IMG/VR virus record: IMGVR_UViG_3300045988_172855
Strand: one strand, 5' to 3'
Source: a virus
DNA: 64,000 bases
Below are positions 27,760 to 36,526 of this stretch, in pieces (position 1 is the stretch's first letter; each line of letters starts with the position of its first letter). Under the pieces are notes generated by a model. That model saw only the letters and a program-made list of their open reading frames with translations, was not told the origin of the DNA and did no database searches. Both the position numbers and the translations under genes were made by a program.

Positions 27760-30700
27760 TCAACTTAAAACAGTAAATGACGTATTCAAATTTGTTTGTA
27801 GAACATATTCTTGTCTCCACTTGTCAAATTGAATATATCCATCTACCAATAGAAGATTGTTTTTACTTTCTCTCAAAAAGTCGGCATATTCAGCGAACAA
27901 ATCAGGGAAAACAATTACATTTATAAATTCGTAATTACTTTCTAAAACTATTGTTGCGAACAATCCTTTCTTCGATTTACGCTCGATAATATCAATAACA
28001 AAACCTCCGATAATCGCACACTTAGAGCGATCGTTGCCATCCCAATATTTCAACTCACTTACATCAAAATATTCTGCATCTGAAAATGCATCGTCTGAAT
28101 GATACTCCTCAATTAGACGTTTATAATCAAAAGACGCAAATCCGGATAACTTCTTCTGTTGTAACGTCCACCACCAATCGTTTTTCTCCTTTCTTGCTTT
28201 TATAATGTTAGTTAAAAGATCCTTATCTTCAAGAATTTTTACTCTCTTATTCTCACGATAAGACTCTATTAATCTCAATCGTTCGTGTGGTGCAGTGATG
28301 TTTTCAAGTTTATCGAACGCTCCACTATAAATGAGATTTTCAATAACTGACTTATTGACTGGCGAACCTTTTACAACACAACGATCAATAAATTCATCTA
28401 ATGAGAAAAATTCACCATGTTTTTCTCGTTCATTGTGAATAAACTCTTGAGCTTTATCTCCACATTGCTTCACTGAATTCAAAGCCCAATACATACTACT
28501 TGTTTTGACATCAGAAACAATGTTTATATCACTTTTATTTATATCAACAGATTTAATTGTAATATTACCTAACTTCTGAATTTCATTGATGTAAAACGGA
28601 TAATCCTCAATCTTCGCATGTGAGAATGTTACAGACCAAAACTCAATGGGATAATGAGCTTTCAGCCAAATGCAGTTATATCCATTTCTCGAGTACGCAA
28701 TTGCATGACTAAAATTAAAAGCATACTTACCAAACTCCTCCATCTGTTTCCAAAGATCTTGAGCATACTTTTCTTCAACTCCAAAACGCTCAACATAACC
28801 TTTTACAAATTTATCGCCAAAACTCTTTAATTTAGATGTAATTTTTTTACCCATGCAATTATGAGCTAAAATTCCACCTACAAAAGCGTACGGGCTTCTA
28901 TCAGATGTCATTGTAAAATCATAAACAGGAAGTTTACCAACCCTATCGTAAGATTCTACTTTCAAAAAACAGAATTCTCTTTTTAAAATGTTTTCAAGAT
29001 ATTTACTTCTTCCACATCTTTTCAATATTTTTTCAGCTCTCCTATAAGTCAAGTCAAAAGGACGATTGATTCCGTAATTCAAAATATTCTTTCCTAACAA
29101 CTCATTGCAATTATATCCGGAATGATCAATGAGATTTTTAATAATAGGTTGCCAAATTTCAAAAGGTATTTTGTATTGACTATAAGAATCTAGATCAAAA
29201 TCCTCTAACTTAAAATTAAATCGTTCTTTAATTTTTGTCGAATATGGTTCGAGCATTGCTTTGATCTTCAAAGCGTCTTCAATAGAAGAAATTCCTATAT
29301 CATAATATTTCTCAGGATATTCTGCAAAACTTCTTGAATTTGTTGTAGTTAAAACTCCAAGACAACTAAAAAGAATATTTATCTGATCAATCAATTCCTT
29401 TGATTTAGAAGAATAACCTATTAATAACCCTCCCTTTTTAGAAGCAACATAGCCATCAAAATCAATTAATTTCCCAAGAACAAATAATTGACATTCTTCA
29501 TTTAAAGAAAAAATGTAGTCAGGTAACCTTTTTTCATCTGATTTAACAAATTCAAGACCTAAATCTGTAACAACAGAGTCTTTTATCTTTAAGCTCGTAC
29601 ATCCTGTATATTGATTATAATATTCTTTAGGCTCTTCTCGAACAAATTCTTTATAACATCTTTTAAATTCACTCAATTCTGACTCATCTTTATTAACAAA
29701 ATTACACGAACCAATAGTTCCTATAGATCCTTCTGTCAATAAAGCTATCATTAAATAAAGTTCTTCTTTAGATTTAGATAGTGTTCCAAATCTTCTACTA
29801 AGATCTTTGTAAACATAGTGTCCTACACAATCCTTAGCTTCTAACCAACCAACTTCTGTTAATAATTTATGATCCGGAGTGCATGTAAAGTGATTGTCTC
29901 CTTGCATATTCAATTTAATACACTCCTTTTCTTTTTTATAAACTCTTCTATAAACCTTATTCCATTTGAAACAACACTCTTTTTCATTATACGTAGTAAC
30001 GGAAGTAAATGGTTTTATATTTTTAATTTTAACAGCTCCATCAGGAGTCCAAAACAATTCTTCACCCCAAATACATTTTCTCACTGAATCTGTCGTTTCT
30101 AGGTCAAATCCTGCCAAATGCTGACATAATCTCATTATATCCTCCTGAGTAATCAATAATCCTAAATGTGGACGAAGAATATCTTCTGCTCCTATAGGAT
30201 ATTCGATTTCACTTTCACCTCTCTTTCTCAAGATATATTCATTGTGATAATTATTTTCAATTGGACCAGGACGATATAATGCTGCACATAATCCCATTTC
30301 ATCGAGACTGTGTGGTTTCATCTGTACACAATACGAAGAAAGTCCTTTTGCGCCAAAATGAAAAACGTCACCTAAATAACCTTTTTCAATGTACTCAAAA
30401 ACAATTGGATCGTCTAAAGGAACGTCATTATAAAGATCTAATTTGATACCACGATTTTTCTCAATCAATTTTAAAATATCAGCTAATTTATCAAGCTGAG
30501 CAATTCCTAAAATATCTTCTTTCAAAAAACCAGCTTCTTCAATTTCTGCACCTTCCCATTCTGTCACTACCAGTCCATTAGACTCTCTAACTGGCACCCA
30601 TTGTGCTGACGATTTCTCATCAGGATATACGACTGTACCACATGCGTGAATTGATGCTGATTTAGGAGAATTCAAACAAACCATAACGTCATTGATTAAT

Positions 30701-31044
30701 TCTGTATGACTTTTAACAAACTCTCTTAACTCTGTATCACTGCAGATAACTCTGAAAAAATCTTCAATACTTTTCATACCCTCCTCGTCTCTCAATTTAG
30801 AAGTAATTCTTCTAACTGTTCCTATCGAAATACCTTCACAACGAGCAAGATCTGTAATTGCAGCTTTTAATTGCATTGTCGTATATGTTCCAAGTGACGT
30901 CACTTGCGTTATACCAAATCTTTTTTCCATATACTCTTTAACTCGAGGGCGTTGTTGGCCTTCAAAGTCTGTATCAATATCAGGCATCGATCCGAGTTGT
31001 CTTATTTCTTGAACTTCTTTTTTAAGACTTTTAATCGTTATCAT
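27760..31044 (-). CDS. dnaE: DNA polymerase III alpha (DnaE-type), C-terminal part, interrupted by an intein
   Basis: Contains MPDIDTDF, SIHACGTVV, LKEDILGIAQL, ALYRPGP and FNFSHAIAYS...LKAHYPIEF, in the same order as bacterial DnaE. Confidence 0.85.
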   Translation of the reverse strand: MITIKSLKKEVQEIRQLGSMPDIDTDFEGQQRPRVKEYMEKRFGITQVTSLGTYTTMQLKAAITDLARCEGISIGTVRRITSKLRDEEGMKSIEDFFRVICSDTELREFVKSHTELINDVMVCLNSPKSASIHACGTVVYPDEKSSAQWVPVRESNGLVVTEWEGAEIEEAGFLKEDILGIAQLDKLADILKLIEKNRGIKLDLYNDVPLDDPIVFEYIEKGYLGDVFHFGAKGLSSYCVQMKPHSLDEMGLCAALYRPGPIENNYHNEYILRKRGESEIEYPIGAEDILRPHLGLLITQEDIMRLCQHLAGFDLETTDSVRKCIWGEELFWTPDGAVKIKNIKPFTSVTTYNEKECCFKWNKVYRRVYKKEKECIKLNMQGDNHFTCTPDHKLLTEVGWLEAKDCVGHYVYKDLSRRFGTLSKSKEELYLMIALLTEGSIGTIGSCNFVNKDESELSEFKRCYKEFVREEPKEYYNQYTGCTSLKIKDSVVTDLGLEFVKSDEKRLPDYIFSLNEECQLFVLGKLIDFDGYVASKKGGLLIGYSSKSKELIDQINILFSCLGVLTTTNSRSFAEYPEKYYDIGISSIEDALKIKAMLEPYSTKIKERFNFKLEDFDLDSYSQYKIPFEIWQPIIKNLIDHSGYNCNELLGKNILNYGINRPFDLTYRRAEKILKRCGRSKYLENILKREFCFLKVESYDRVGKLPVYDFTMTSDRSPYAFVGGILAHNCMGKKITSKLKSFGDKFVKGYVERFGVEEKYAQDLWKQMEEFGKYAFNFSHAIAYSRNGYNCIWLKAHYPIEFWSVTFSHAKIEDYPFYINEIQKLGNITIKSVDINKSDINIVSDVKTSSMYWALNSVKQCGDKAQEFIHNEREKHGEFFSLDEFIDRCVVKGSPVNKSVIENLIYSGAFDKLENITAPHERLRLIESYRENKRVKILEDKDLLTNIIKARKEKNDWWWTLQQKKLSGFASFDYKRLIEEYHSDDAFSDAEYFDVSELKYWDGNDRSKCAIIGGFVIDIIERKSKKGLFATIVLESNYEFINVIVFPDLFAEYADFLRESKNNLLLVDGYIQFDKWRQEYVLQTNLNTSFTVLS
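28858..30075 (-). mobile_element. intein (406 aa) with a LAGLIDADG homing-endonuclease domain, inserted in dnaE
   Basis: The host motif (R)RAMGKK is interrupted: VRK|CIWGEE...GGILAHN|CMGKK. It starts with Cys, ends with His-Asn, and the +1 residue is Cys. The two LAGLIDADG blocks are LMIALLTEGSIG and LGKLIDFDGYV. Confidence 0.85.
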
Positions 31045-32656
31045 AATCTAATAATATATCTCCTTCTTTTAATTCACCTGCTTTAACTATCATCTTTTCT
31101 TCGTTTCTAAAGATACGAACAAAACTTGTACAAGGTATAATAATAGGTGATGAACTTTCTTCGTTAATGATAACCTCTTCAATCTTATCGTGACGTATCA
31201 AACGACCTGTTGTTAAGAATCTTTCAAATAGTAGATCGTAATCAAGAGGATTAATATAATTCAATCCTAGTAAATACGAAATCAAACATCCACAAGCTGA
31301 ACCACGACCAGACCCAATTAGAATGTCTTCTTTCTTACACCACTTTACAATGTCTCTAAGCATTAAAAAATAGTCGACTACTTCACCATCTTCGATTACC
31401 TTCATCTCTTTTTCAAGTCTCTCAACAACTTCATCTTCAGAATAATTTTCAAGTATCTCAGGATGTTCTTCGAGTCCTTTGATTATGAGATCTTCAAACA
31501 TAGCAATATTATCTTCATATTGTAAAGCCTCTTCGTCAGTCATGTAATATACAGGCATGTGTCTATTTTGAGTCTCTATTACAAAGTTACATTCAAAAGA
31601 AATTTCTTTCAAATTTTGAACAGCTTTTTCAAATGTATCAAAAAACGCCTCATCGTCTCCGAACAACTTACCAAGCTCTTCAAAATATTCTTGATAATTT
31701 TTCATATATTGATTATCACTTTCATAAGTAACGACCTTCGCTAAGGTATTCATTTTTCTCTTAATAGGAGACCATTCTTTTTCAACATAATACGCATCAC
31801 ACATTGCAACCGGATTCATTTTACTGTCAAAAAACTTTTTCAAATTTTTCAAGTAAAATTCATCACGATCATCTTTTTCGTATTCAACTGTATCTAATTG
31901 ATAAAATGAAATAATTTTCTTGAGTTCTCTTGGAATCTTCGTATAATCAATTGTTTTAGGATCCCATATAAAAATCAAACCCTCTTCACTCTCAAGAATA
32001 TCTTTTTCTGTTACATATTCTGTATTAGTCTTGTTCATCAATTCATTTAGATGTAACAAATTCTCCCAGCCTTTTTGATTTTTAACAAATGCTTTGATTG
32101 TGTAACGAATATCGTTTACTTCATCGGAAACCTTAATCTCCAAACCTTGAATAGCTCGTATTCCATTTTTCTGACACGCAGTCTGAAATTTCATTGCTGC
32201 AGCAAGTGTACCTTTTTCACACAAACCTAAACTAGTGATCCCTAAAAATTTAGCTTTCTTACACCATTGATCGTATAGACACATTCCATTCATCAATTCG
32301 AACGGTCCATGAATACCAAGATATGTATCTATATAAAGACTTTCGTCTACCAATTTAGCTCTACCGATCCATTTTACAGGTTGTAGCTTTACAGACTCTT
32401 CTTTACCTTTTTCTAAAGCATACCAAACAGATCCAAAGCAAAAAATATAGTAATCGTATTCAGTTCTATCACACGCCCAATTAAAGTGTTCATCAAAATA
32501 AACACCTCTTTCATTTTTATCCCACTTAAACGGTTCAAAGAGTTGATAAACTTTATCGTTTATATCAATTAAAAATTCATCTTCGTCTTCTAAAACTTTA
32601 TATTCAATAAAATTGTCTTCTAAATATTGTAGAAGTTCGGCAAACAATTCCCTCAT
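31031..32656 (-). CDS. dnaE: DNA polymerase III alpha (DnaE-type), N-terminal part (PHP-like domain)
   Basis: GSGRGSACGCLISYLLGLNYINPLDYDLLFERFL matches DnaE PGRGSAAGS...[11 protein letters not shown]. The ORF then carries a 55-aa non-homologous tail and stops, overlapping the next ORF by 14 nt. Confidence 0.8.
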   Translation of the reverse strand: MRELFAELLQYLEDNFIEYKVLEDEDEFLIDINDKVYQLFEPFKWDKNERGVYFDEHFNWACDRTEYDYYIFCFGSVWYALEKGKEESVKLQPVKWIGRAKLVDESLYIDTYLGIHGPFELMNGMCLYDQWCKKAKFLGITSLGLCEKGTLAAAMKFQTACQKNGIRAIQGLEIKVSDEVNDIRYTIKAFVKNQKGWENLLHLNELMNKTNTEYVTEKDILESEEGLIFIWDPKTIDYTKIPRELKKIISFYQLDTVEYEKDDRDEFYLKNLKKFFDSKMNPVAMCDAYYVEKEWSPIKRKMNTLAKVVTYESDNQYMKNYQEYFEELGKLFGDDEAFFDTFEKAVQNLKEISFECNFVIETQNRHMPVYYMTDEEALQYEDNIAMFEDLIIKGLEEHPEILENYSEDEVVERLEKEMKVIEDGEVVDYFLMLRDIVKWCKKEDILIGSGRGSACGCLISYLLGLNYINPLDYDLLFERFLTTGRLIRHDKIEEVIINEESSSPIIIPCTSFVRIFRNEEKMIVKAGELKEGDILLDYDND

Positions 32657-32659
32657 ATC

Positions 32660-32709
32660 TTTTTCTTTAAAGAAAAGGGGTTGAGTAAACTCATATCACT
32701 CAACCCCTT
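32660..32709 (-). terminator. strong rho-independent terminator
   Basis: 12-bp stem aaggggttgagt / actcaacccctt, followed on the minus strand by TTTTCTTT. Confidence 0.7.
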
Positions 32710-32732
32710 CAACTAATTTTCAACTTTAACTT

Positions 32733-33218
32733 TTATTTTTCAACAGCTTCAAAGTGCTTATCGCAAACATGCTTAACAACTGTATAATATGTGCTACATG
32801 CTTTTGCAATCTGATAGAATGAACGGCCATCGTTTTTCAATAGTTCGTCGTAAATCTTGGAAGAAATTTCACTCAGACCTTCAGGCTTTTCACCTTTCGG
32901 TTTCACATTCAAAACAACTTTCGGAGCACGCGGTTTCTTTTCTTTCGGTTCTTTTGCAGTTTTTTCTTTCTTCGCAACTTCAGGATCGGGATCTTCTGCG
33001 TCTTCAGCAACAGTTTTAGCATGCTCTTCAACCATCTGTTGTTCGTTTGCAACATCTTCATCAGAAGCAATCATTTCTTCGTCAGTAACAGTTGTAATAC
33101 CAGCTTTCTTCTGTTCAATCAACTTTTCCAGTTCATCTCTGCTATACTTAGCATAATTTTGAATACCCAATTCATTTGCTTCTTTACGCAACAGCAATAA
33201 TGATTTTTTTTCAGCCAT
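32733..33218 (-). CDS. Rho_N/SAP-like domain protein with a K/E-rich linker (possible DNA-binding protein)
   Basis: LLLLRKEANELGIQNYAKYSRDELEKLI resembles the Rho N-terminal/SAP helix-extended-helix. It is followed by the low-complexity stretch KKEKTAKEPKEKKPRAPK. Confidence 0.45.
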   Translation of the reverse strand: MAEKKSLLLLRKEANELGIQNYAKYSRDELEKLIEQKKAGITTVTDEEMIASDEDVANEQQMVEEHAKTVAEDAEDPDPEVAKKEKTAKEPKEKKPRAPKVVLNVKPKGEKPEGLSEISSKIYDELLKNDGRSFYQIAKACSTYYTVVKHVCDKHFEAVEK

Positions 33219-33258
33219 AATTCATTTGTTTTTAAGTTATTATTTTTGTTTCTTTTGA

Positions 33259-33298
33259 CGCTGTAAAGGTCGATCTATTTCTTCAATGTAGCAACATG
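33259..33298 (-). promoter_or_regulatory. promoter box, sub-class I (deviant -7 box GACCTTTAC)
   Basis: Minus strand reads TGTTGCtacattgaagaaatagatcGACCTTTACagcgtcAAAAGAAA. Confidence 0.45.
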
Positions 33299-33307
33299 TT
33301 GTCGAAA

Positions 33308-33880
33308 TTATTTTTCAGAAAAGACTACCTCCTTTATTTGCATCATTCTCTGTTCTACTGTACCCGTCACCCTTAAATGTGGAATATCAGAATTTTTCAA
33401 AATCTGTTGAATCTTTTGATCAAAAGATTCACGTAATAATTCATCGACTAATCTTTCTCCGTCATTCTCTACAGGAAACTCAATAGGTGTGTACACTAGA
33501 AGTGATAAATCGTCCTTTCTTCTGATAACTTCTTTTCTTTGAAAGAACTCTTCTGTACTCATATCTATAAAATCCTCACTACCTACCGGCATCTGATCAA
33601 ATAAAACAGACGTAAATGCAGCAACATCAATTATACATCTATCAGCAACAGAAGGAGCTTCAAACATCTTCGAAAGAATTTCATTATATCGATCAAAAAT
33701 CATTCGTTGAGTCTCTGAATTACTTTTTTCATTGATCTCACGTCCTTCTTTATGAAGATCTCTTACAACATTTGTAAAAAATGACCAACCTTCAAATTGT
33801 GGATCCTTTTTCATTGCTTCAATAAGAGTTGTCTTACCTGTACATGACGATCCGCAAAAACTTATTTTCTTGTACTTCAT
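33308..33880 (-). CDS. P-loop NTPase / kinase-like protein
   Basis: The Walker A motif is FCGSSCTGKTT at the extreme N-terminus. It is the last gene of the deazaguanine operon. Confidence 0.6.
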   Translation of the reverse strand: MKYKKISFCGSSCTGKTTLIEAMKKDPQFEGWSFFTNVVRDLHKEGREINEKSNSETQRMIFDRYNEILSKMFEAPSVADRCIIDVAAFTSVLFDQMPVGSEDFIDMSTEEFFQRKEVIRRKDDLSLLVYTPIEFPVENDGERLVDELLRESFDQKIQQILKNSDIPHLRVTGTVEQRMMQIKEVVFSEK

Positions 33881-33882
33881 AA

Positions 33883-34431
33883 TTATCTTAAATCACCTGA
33901 TCCGTGTATTACATTTCTCTTTTTACGAGATGCTAATTTTTCATTATTTTTAAGAGCAATCTCTTCAATCGTTAATCCTAAAGATTTTGAAAGACCGTTC
34001 AAATAACTCCAAACATTCTTCCACGCTTCAACAGTCTGATCTTTTCTGTTTTCTGAAAAATGATTGCATGAATCCTCAGACCAATCATCTCTCAAAAACT
34101 TCTTAACTTGCTCAGCAATTTTACCAACTTCTGAAACAATATCAAACGGAGACGGCATCCGAACATCTTCATTCCAATTCCAATCGTCTTCAATGGGAAG
34201 ATTCAGTTCTATGCGAATCATTGCTAAATACCACATCATATCTCCAATTTCTAATGCAACATCTTCAATATTCGCTTCATCTTTCATTTTTTCAAACGTC
34301 TCACCCATCTCTCCAGCTAAACCAATTACAACATAAGGAATCGCTACTTTAGGATTGTATATAGGCGTTTGATTTGCCTTTGCTTCATATTCTTTGTAAT
34401 TCATCTTCTTATTTTTTAGAACAATTTTCAA
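33883..34431 (-). CDS. mazG: MazG-like nucleoside triphosphate pyrophosphohydrolase
   Basis: Contains GLAGEMGETFEK...EIGDMMWYL, the EExxE/D metal motifs of the all-alpha NTP-PPase fold. The ATG at 34404 would remove the overlap with folE. Confidence 0.7.
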   Translation of the reverse strand: MKIVLKNKKMNYKEYEAKANQTPIYNPKVAIPYVVIGLAGEMGETFEKMKDEANIEDVALEIGDMMWYLAMIRIELNLPIEDDWNWNEDVRMPSPFDIVSEVGKIAEQVKKFLRDDWSEDSCNHFSENRKDQTVEAWKNVWSYLNGLSKSLGLTIEEIALKNNEKLASRKKRNVIHGSGDLR

Positions 34432-35044
34432 TCATTTTATACACTTCATCACGGCTTCCAATTTCGTTAGTCTTGAAATAACCTGAACAGTACGTTGTTT
34501 GCATTTCCGAATTATCTTCAACACCACGAAGTTTTACACACGTATGTTCAGCTCTGATGTGAACAAAAATACCTTGATTTTCACCGAGAATTTCATTCAA
34601 ATAATCGTGAATTTGTTTACATAGATATTCTTGAGTTTGAGGTCTTCTTGACAAGAAATCTACAATACGGTTTAATTTAGACAAGCCTATAATATTACCA
34701 TCTTTTTTCGGAATATAAGCCACATCGCATGTTCCAAAAAATGGTAAAATATGATGAGCACAGAAACTATGAACCTCAACTCCTCCTTGAAAGACAATAC
34801 CATCGTAACCATTTTCATTCGGAAATACAGTAATCTTTGGAGGATTATCATAAGCTCCACCGCCCAATTCTTTTACAAAAACCTTTGCAACACGATAAGG
34901 TGTCTTCTGCATACTTGGATCATTTCCCCAGTCATATCCTAATGCTGTTAAAAACTCGCCATAAGCCTTCGTAGCTCTTGACATCATTTCTTCTCTTTCT
35001 TTTTCAGACAAAACCATATTTTGTCCTGCTTTAATTTTCATCAT
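34409..35044 (-). CDS. folE: GTP cyclohydrolase I
   Basis: CAHHILPFFG matches the FolE zinc/active-site motif CEHHxxPF. The size is about 210 aa. Confidence 0.85.
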   Translation of the reverse strand: MMKIKAGQNMVLSEKEREEMMSRATKAYGEFLTALGYDWGNDPSMQKTPYRVAKVFVKELGGGAYDNPPKITVFPNENGYDGIVFQGGVEVHSFCAHHILPFFGTCDVAYIPKKDGNIIGLSKLNRIVDFLSRRPQTQEYLCKQIHDYLNEILGENQGIFVHIRAEHTCVKLRGVEDNSEMQTTYCSGYFKTNEIGSRDEVYKMIENCSKK

Positions 35045-35048
35045 AACT

Positions 35049-35900
35049 TTATCTTTCTTTTTCAGTACCCCAAATCACTATTTGTAAGCGATCGGTATAA
35101 TTATATCCATGTTCAGCACAATATTCAGCAACCATTCTTCTGTTTTGATTGAGTTGGTCATTTGTTGCACCTGCCGGCATTAGAGTTATATTCCACGGTT
35201 TGATAAATTTCATATCATACCACAATTCTTCCTCATTGTTTTTGTAAAATGGTTGCCTCTTTTCTCTTCGCTGCGAGATGTCATAATCAATCAATTCACG
35301 AATATGTTTTTCAATTTCTTCGAAATCTTCTTGACCTCCTACAACATATTTCAATCTGAAATCCTTAGCAAATGTAATCATTGTCCACAGTGCTTCTTTA
35401 TTGAAACGTTTATGTGAATGTGACTTCATCGCATCACTCATTTTTATTCCGAGTTTTTCGCACTTCTCTTGAGTAGGTTCTGATGAACTAAGTTTTGGAG
35501 AGATGTTTAAAAGATCAATTCTCTTCAAGAGCTCGCTGTCAACTACAATACTTCCATTTGTTTCAACTATAATATACTTATCGTATTCTCCGTCACATAT
35601 ATCAATAAGTTCAGAAACAAATTCAGGATATAAAAATGGTTCTCCACCTGTTATCGAAACAGAAGGAGTAAGTGGATGTTTCTCTAACAAATTGATCACA
35701 TCTTGATAACAATACTTACCTTTGTCAGCTTTAAAACTTGAATATGCTGTATCACATATACTATTTGCAAACATACATCTCAAATTACAACCTGACAATC
35801 TAACGAAAATTGTCGGTTCTCCGGCTGTTACAGATTCTCCTTCAATAGAATTAAACAATTCTATAATCGGTCTTTTTTCATTTAATTGCATCTTTGTCAT
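35049..35900 (-). CDS. queE: 7-carboxy-7-deazaguanine synthase (radical SAM)
   Basis: Contains SIEGES and the cluster motif CNLRCMFANSICDT, as in QueE. Confidence 0.8.
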   Translation of the reverse strand: MTKMQLNEKRPIIELFNSIEGESVTAGEPTIFVRLSGCNLRCMFANSICDTAYSSFKADKGKYCYQDVINLLEKHPLTPSVSITGGEPFLYPEFVSELIDICDGEYDKYIIVETNGSIVVDSELLKRIDLLNISPKLSSSEPTQEKCEKLGIKMSDAMKSHSHKRFNKEALWTMITFAKDFRLKYVVGGQEDFEEIEKHIRELIDYDISQRREKRQPFYKNNEEELWYDMKFIKPWNITLMPAGATNDQLNQNRRMVAEYCAEHGYNYTDRLQIVIWGTEKER

Positions 35901-36487
35901 ACTTGTTTTTCGATTTTAGGATTTTCGAAATACTTTACACCTTCAGGCATTCCTTCAGCAAAAAATCGTCTGAGTTCAATCGGCCAATCTTTCTGTACTC
36001 CTTCTGAAAACTCTGCTTTCAAATCTACCGGTAAAAAACAAGCGTCATGTTCAAATGCAGTTGCACTTCCTGTTCTTGTTTCATAATATTGTACAGAATG
36101 AACGATAACATTCTTTTCTCCGTTATTGAAAATCGTTGCTTTAAGTATCTTATTTATAACATATAACATATATAAAGATAACATTTCTGCAGATGGATTC
36201 ACTGGCAAAACTATCCATCTATCAGACCACTTCTTTACGTCGTTAATGTATTCAGGATAATCTTTTTTCCATAAGACAGTACAGTGATCAAATGAGTCGA
36301 TAAAACTTTTAATCGTTGTTTTCATAAGACCAAAATCCATAAGCATTTGACCTCTGTCTTTCGAACTCGCTGTAAAACTCACTAACACTTTAAAAGAATG
36401 ACCGTGTATAGAGTGGCGGCACCTTTGCGTAGAACAATTTCGCACAATATGTGCCATTTCTCCTTCAAATTCTTTTGTTATAATCAT
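35897..36487 (-). CDS. queD: 6-carboxy-5,6,7,8-tetrahydropterin synthase
   Basis: FEGEMAHIVRNCSTQRCRHSIHGHSFKV matches the QueD/PTPS CxxxHGH zinc motif. Confidence 0.8.
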   Translation of the reverse strand: MIITKEFEGEMAHIVRNCSTQRCRHSIHGHSFKVLVSFTASSKDRGQMLMDFGLMKTTIKSFIDSFDHCTVLWKKDYPEYINDVKKWSDRWIVLPVNPSAEMLSLYMLYVINKILKATIFNNGEKNVIVHSVQYYETRTGSATAFEHDACFLPVDLKAEFSEGVQKDWPIELRRFFAEGMPEGVKYFENPKIEKQV

Positions 36488-36509
36488 AATTCTATCATTT
36501 TTAAATGTT

Positions 36510-36522
36510 GTCTAAAGATACA
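36510..36522 (-). promoter_or_regulatory. -7 box (TATCTTTAG) upstream of queD, with no clean -33 element
   Basis: Minus strand reads attgTATCTTTAGacaac, about 25 nt before the queD ATG. Confidence 0.35.
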
Positions 36523-36526
36523 ATAT

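Noticed and set aside
31031-31200. A naturally split intein at the dnaE split point. The N-ORF tail contains CTSFVRI...KAGELKEGDIL, which resembles the first beta-strands of a Hint domain.
   Set aside because: The two extensions together total at most about 74 aa (55 + 19), well below the ~125 aa or more needed for a Hint fold. There is no C-terminal HN followed by a +1 Cys/Ser/Thr before MPDID. At most it is a decayed remnant.
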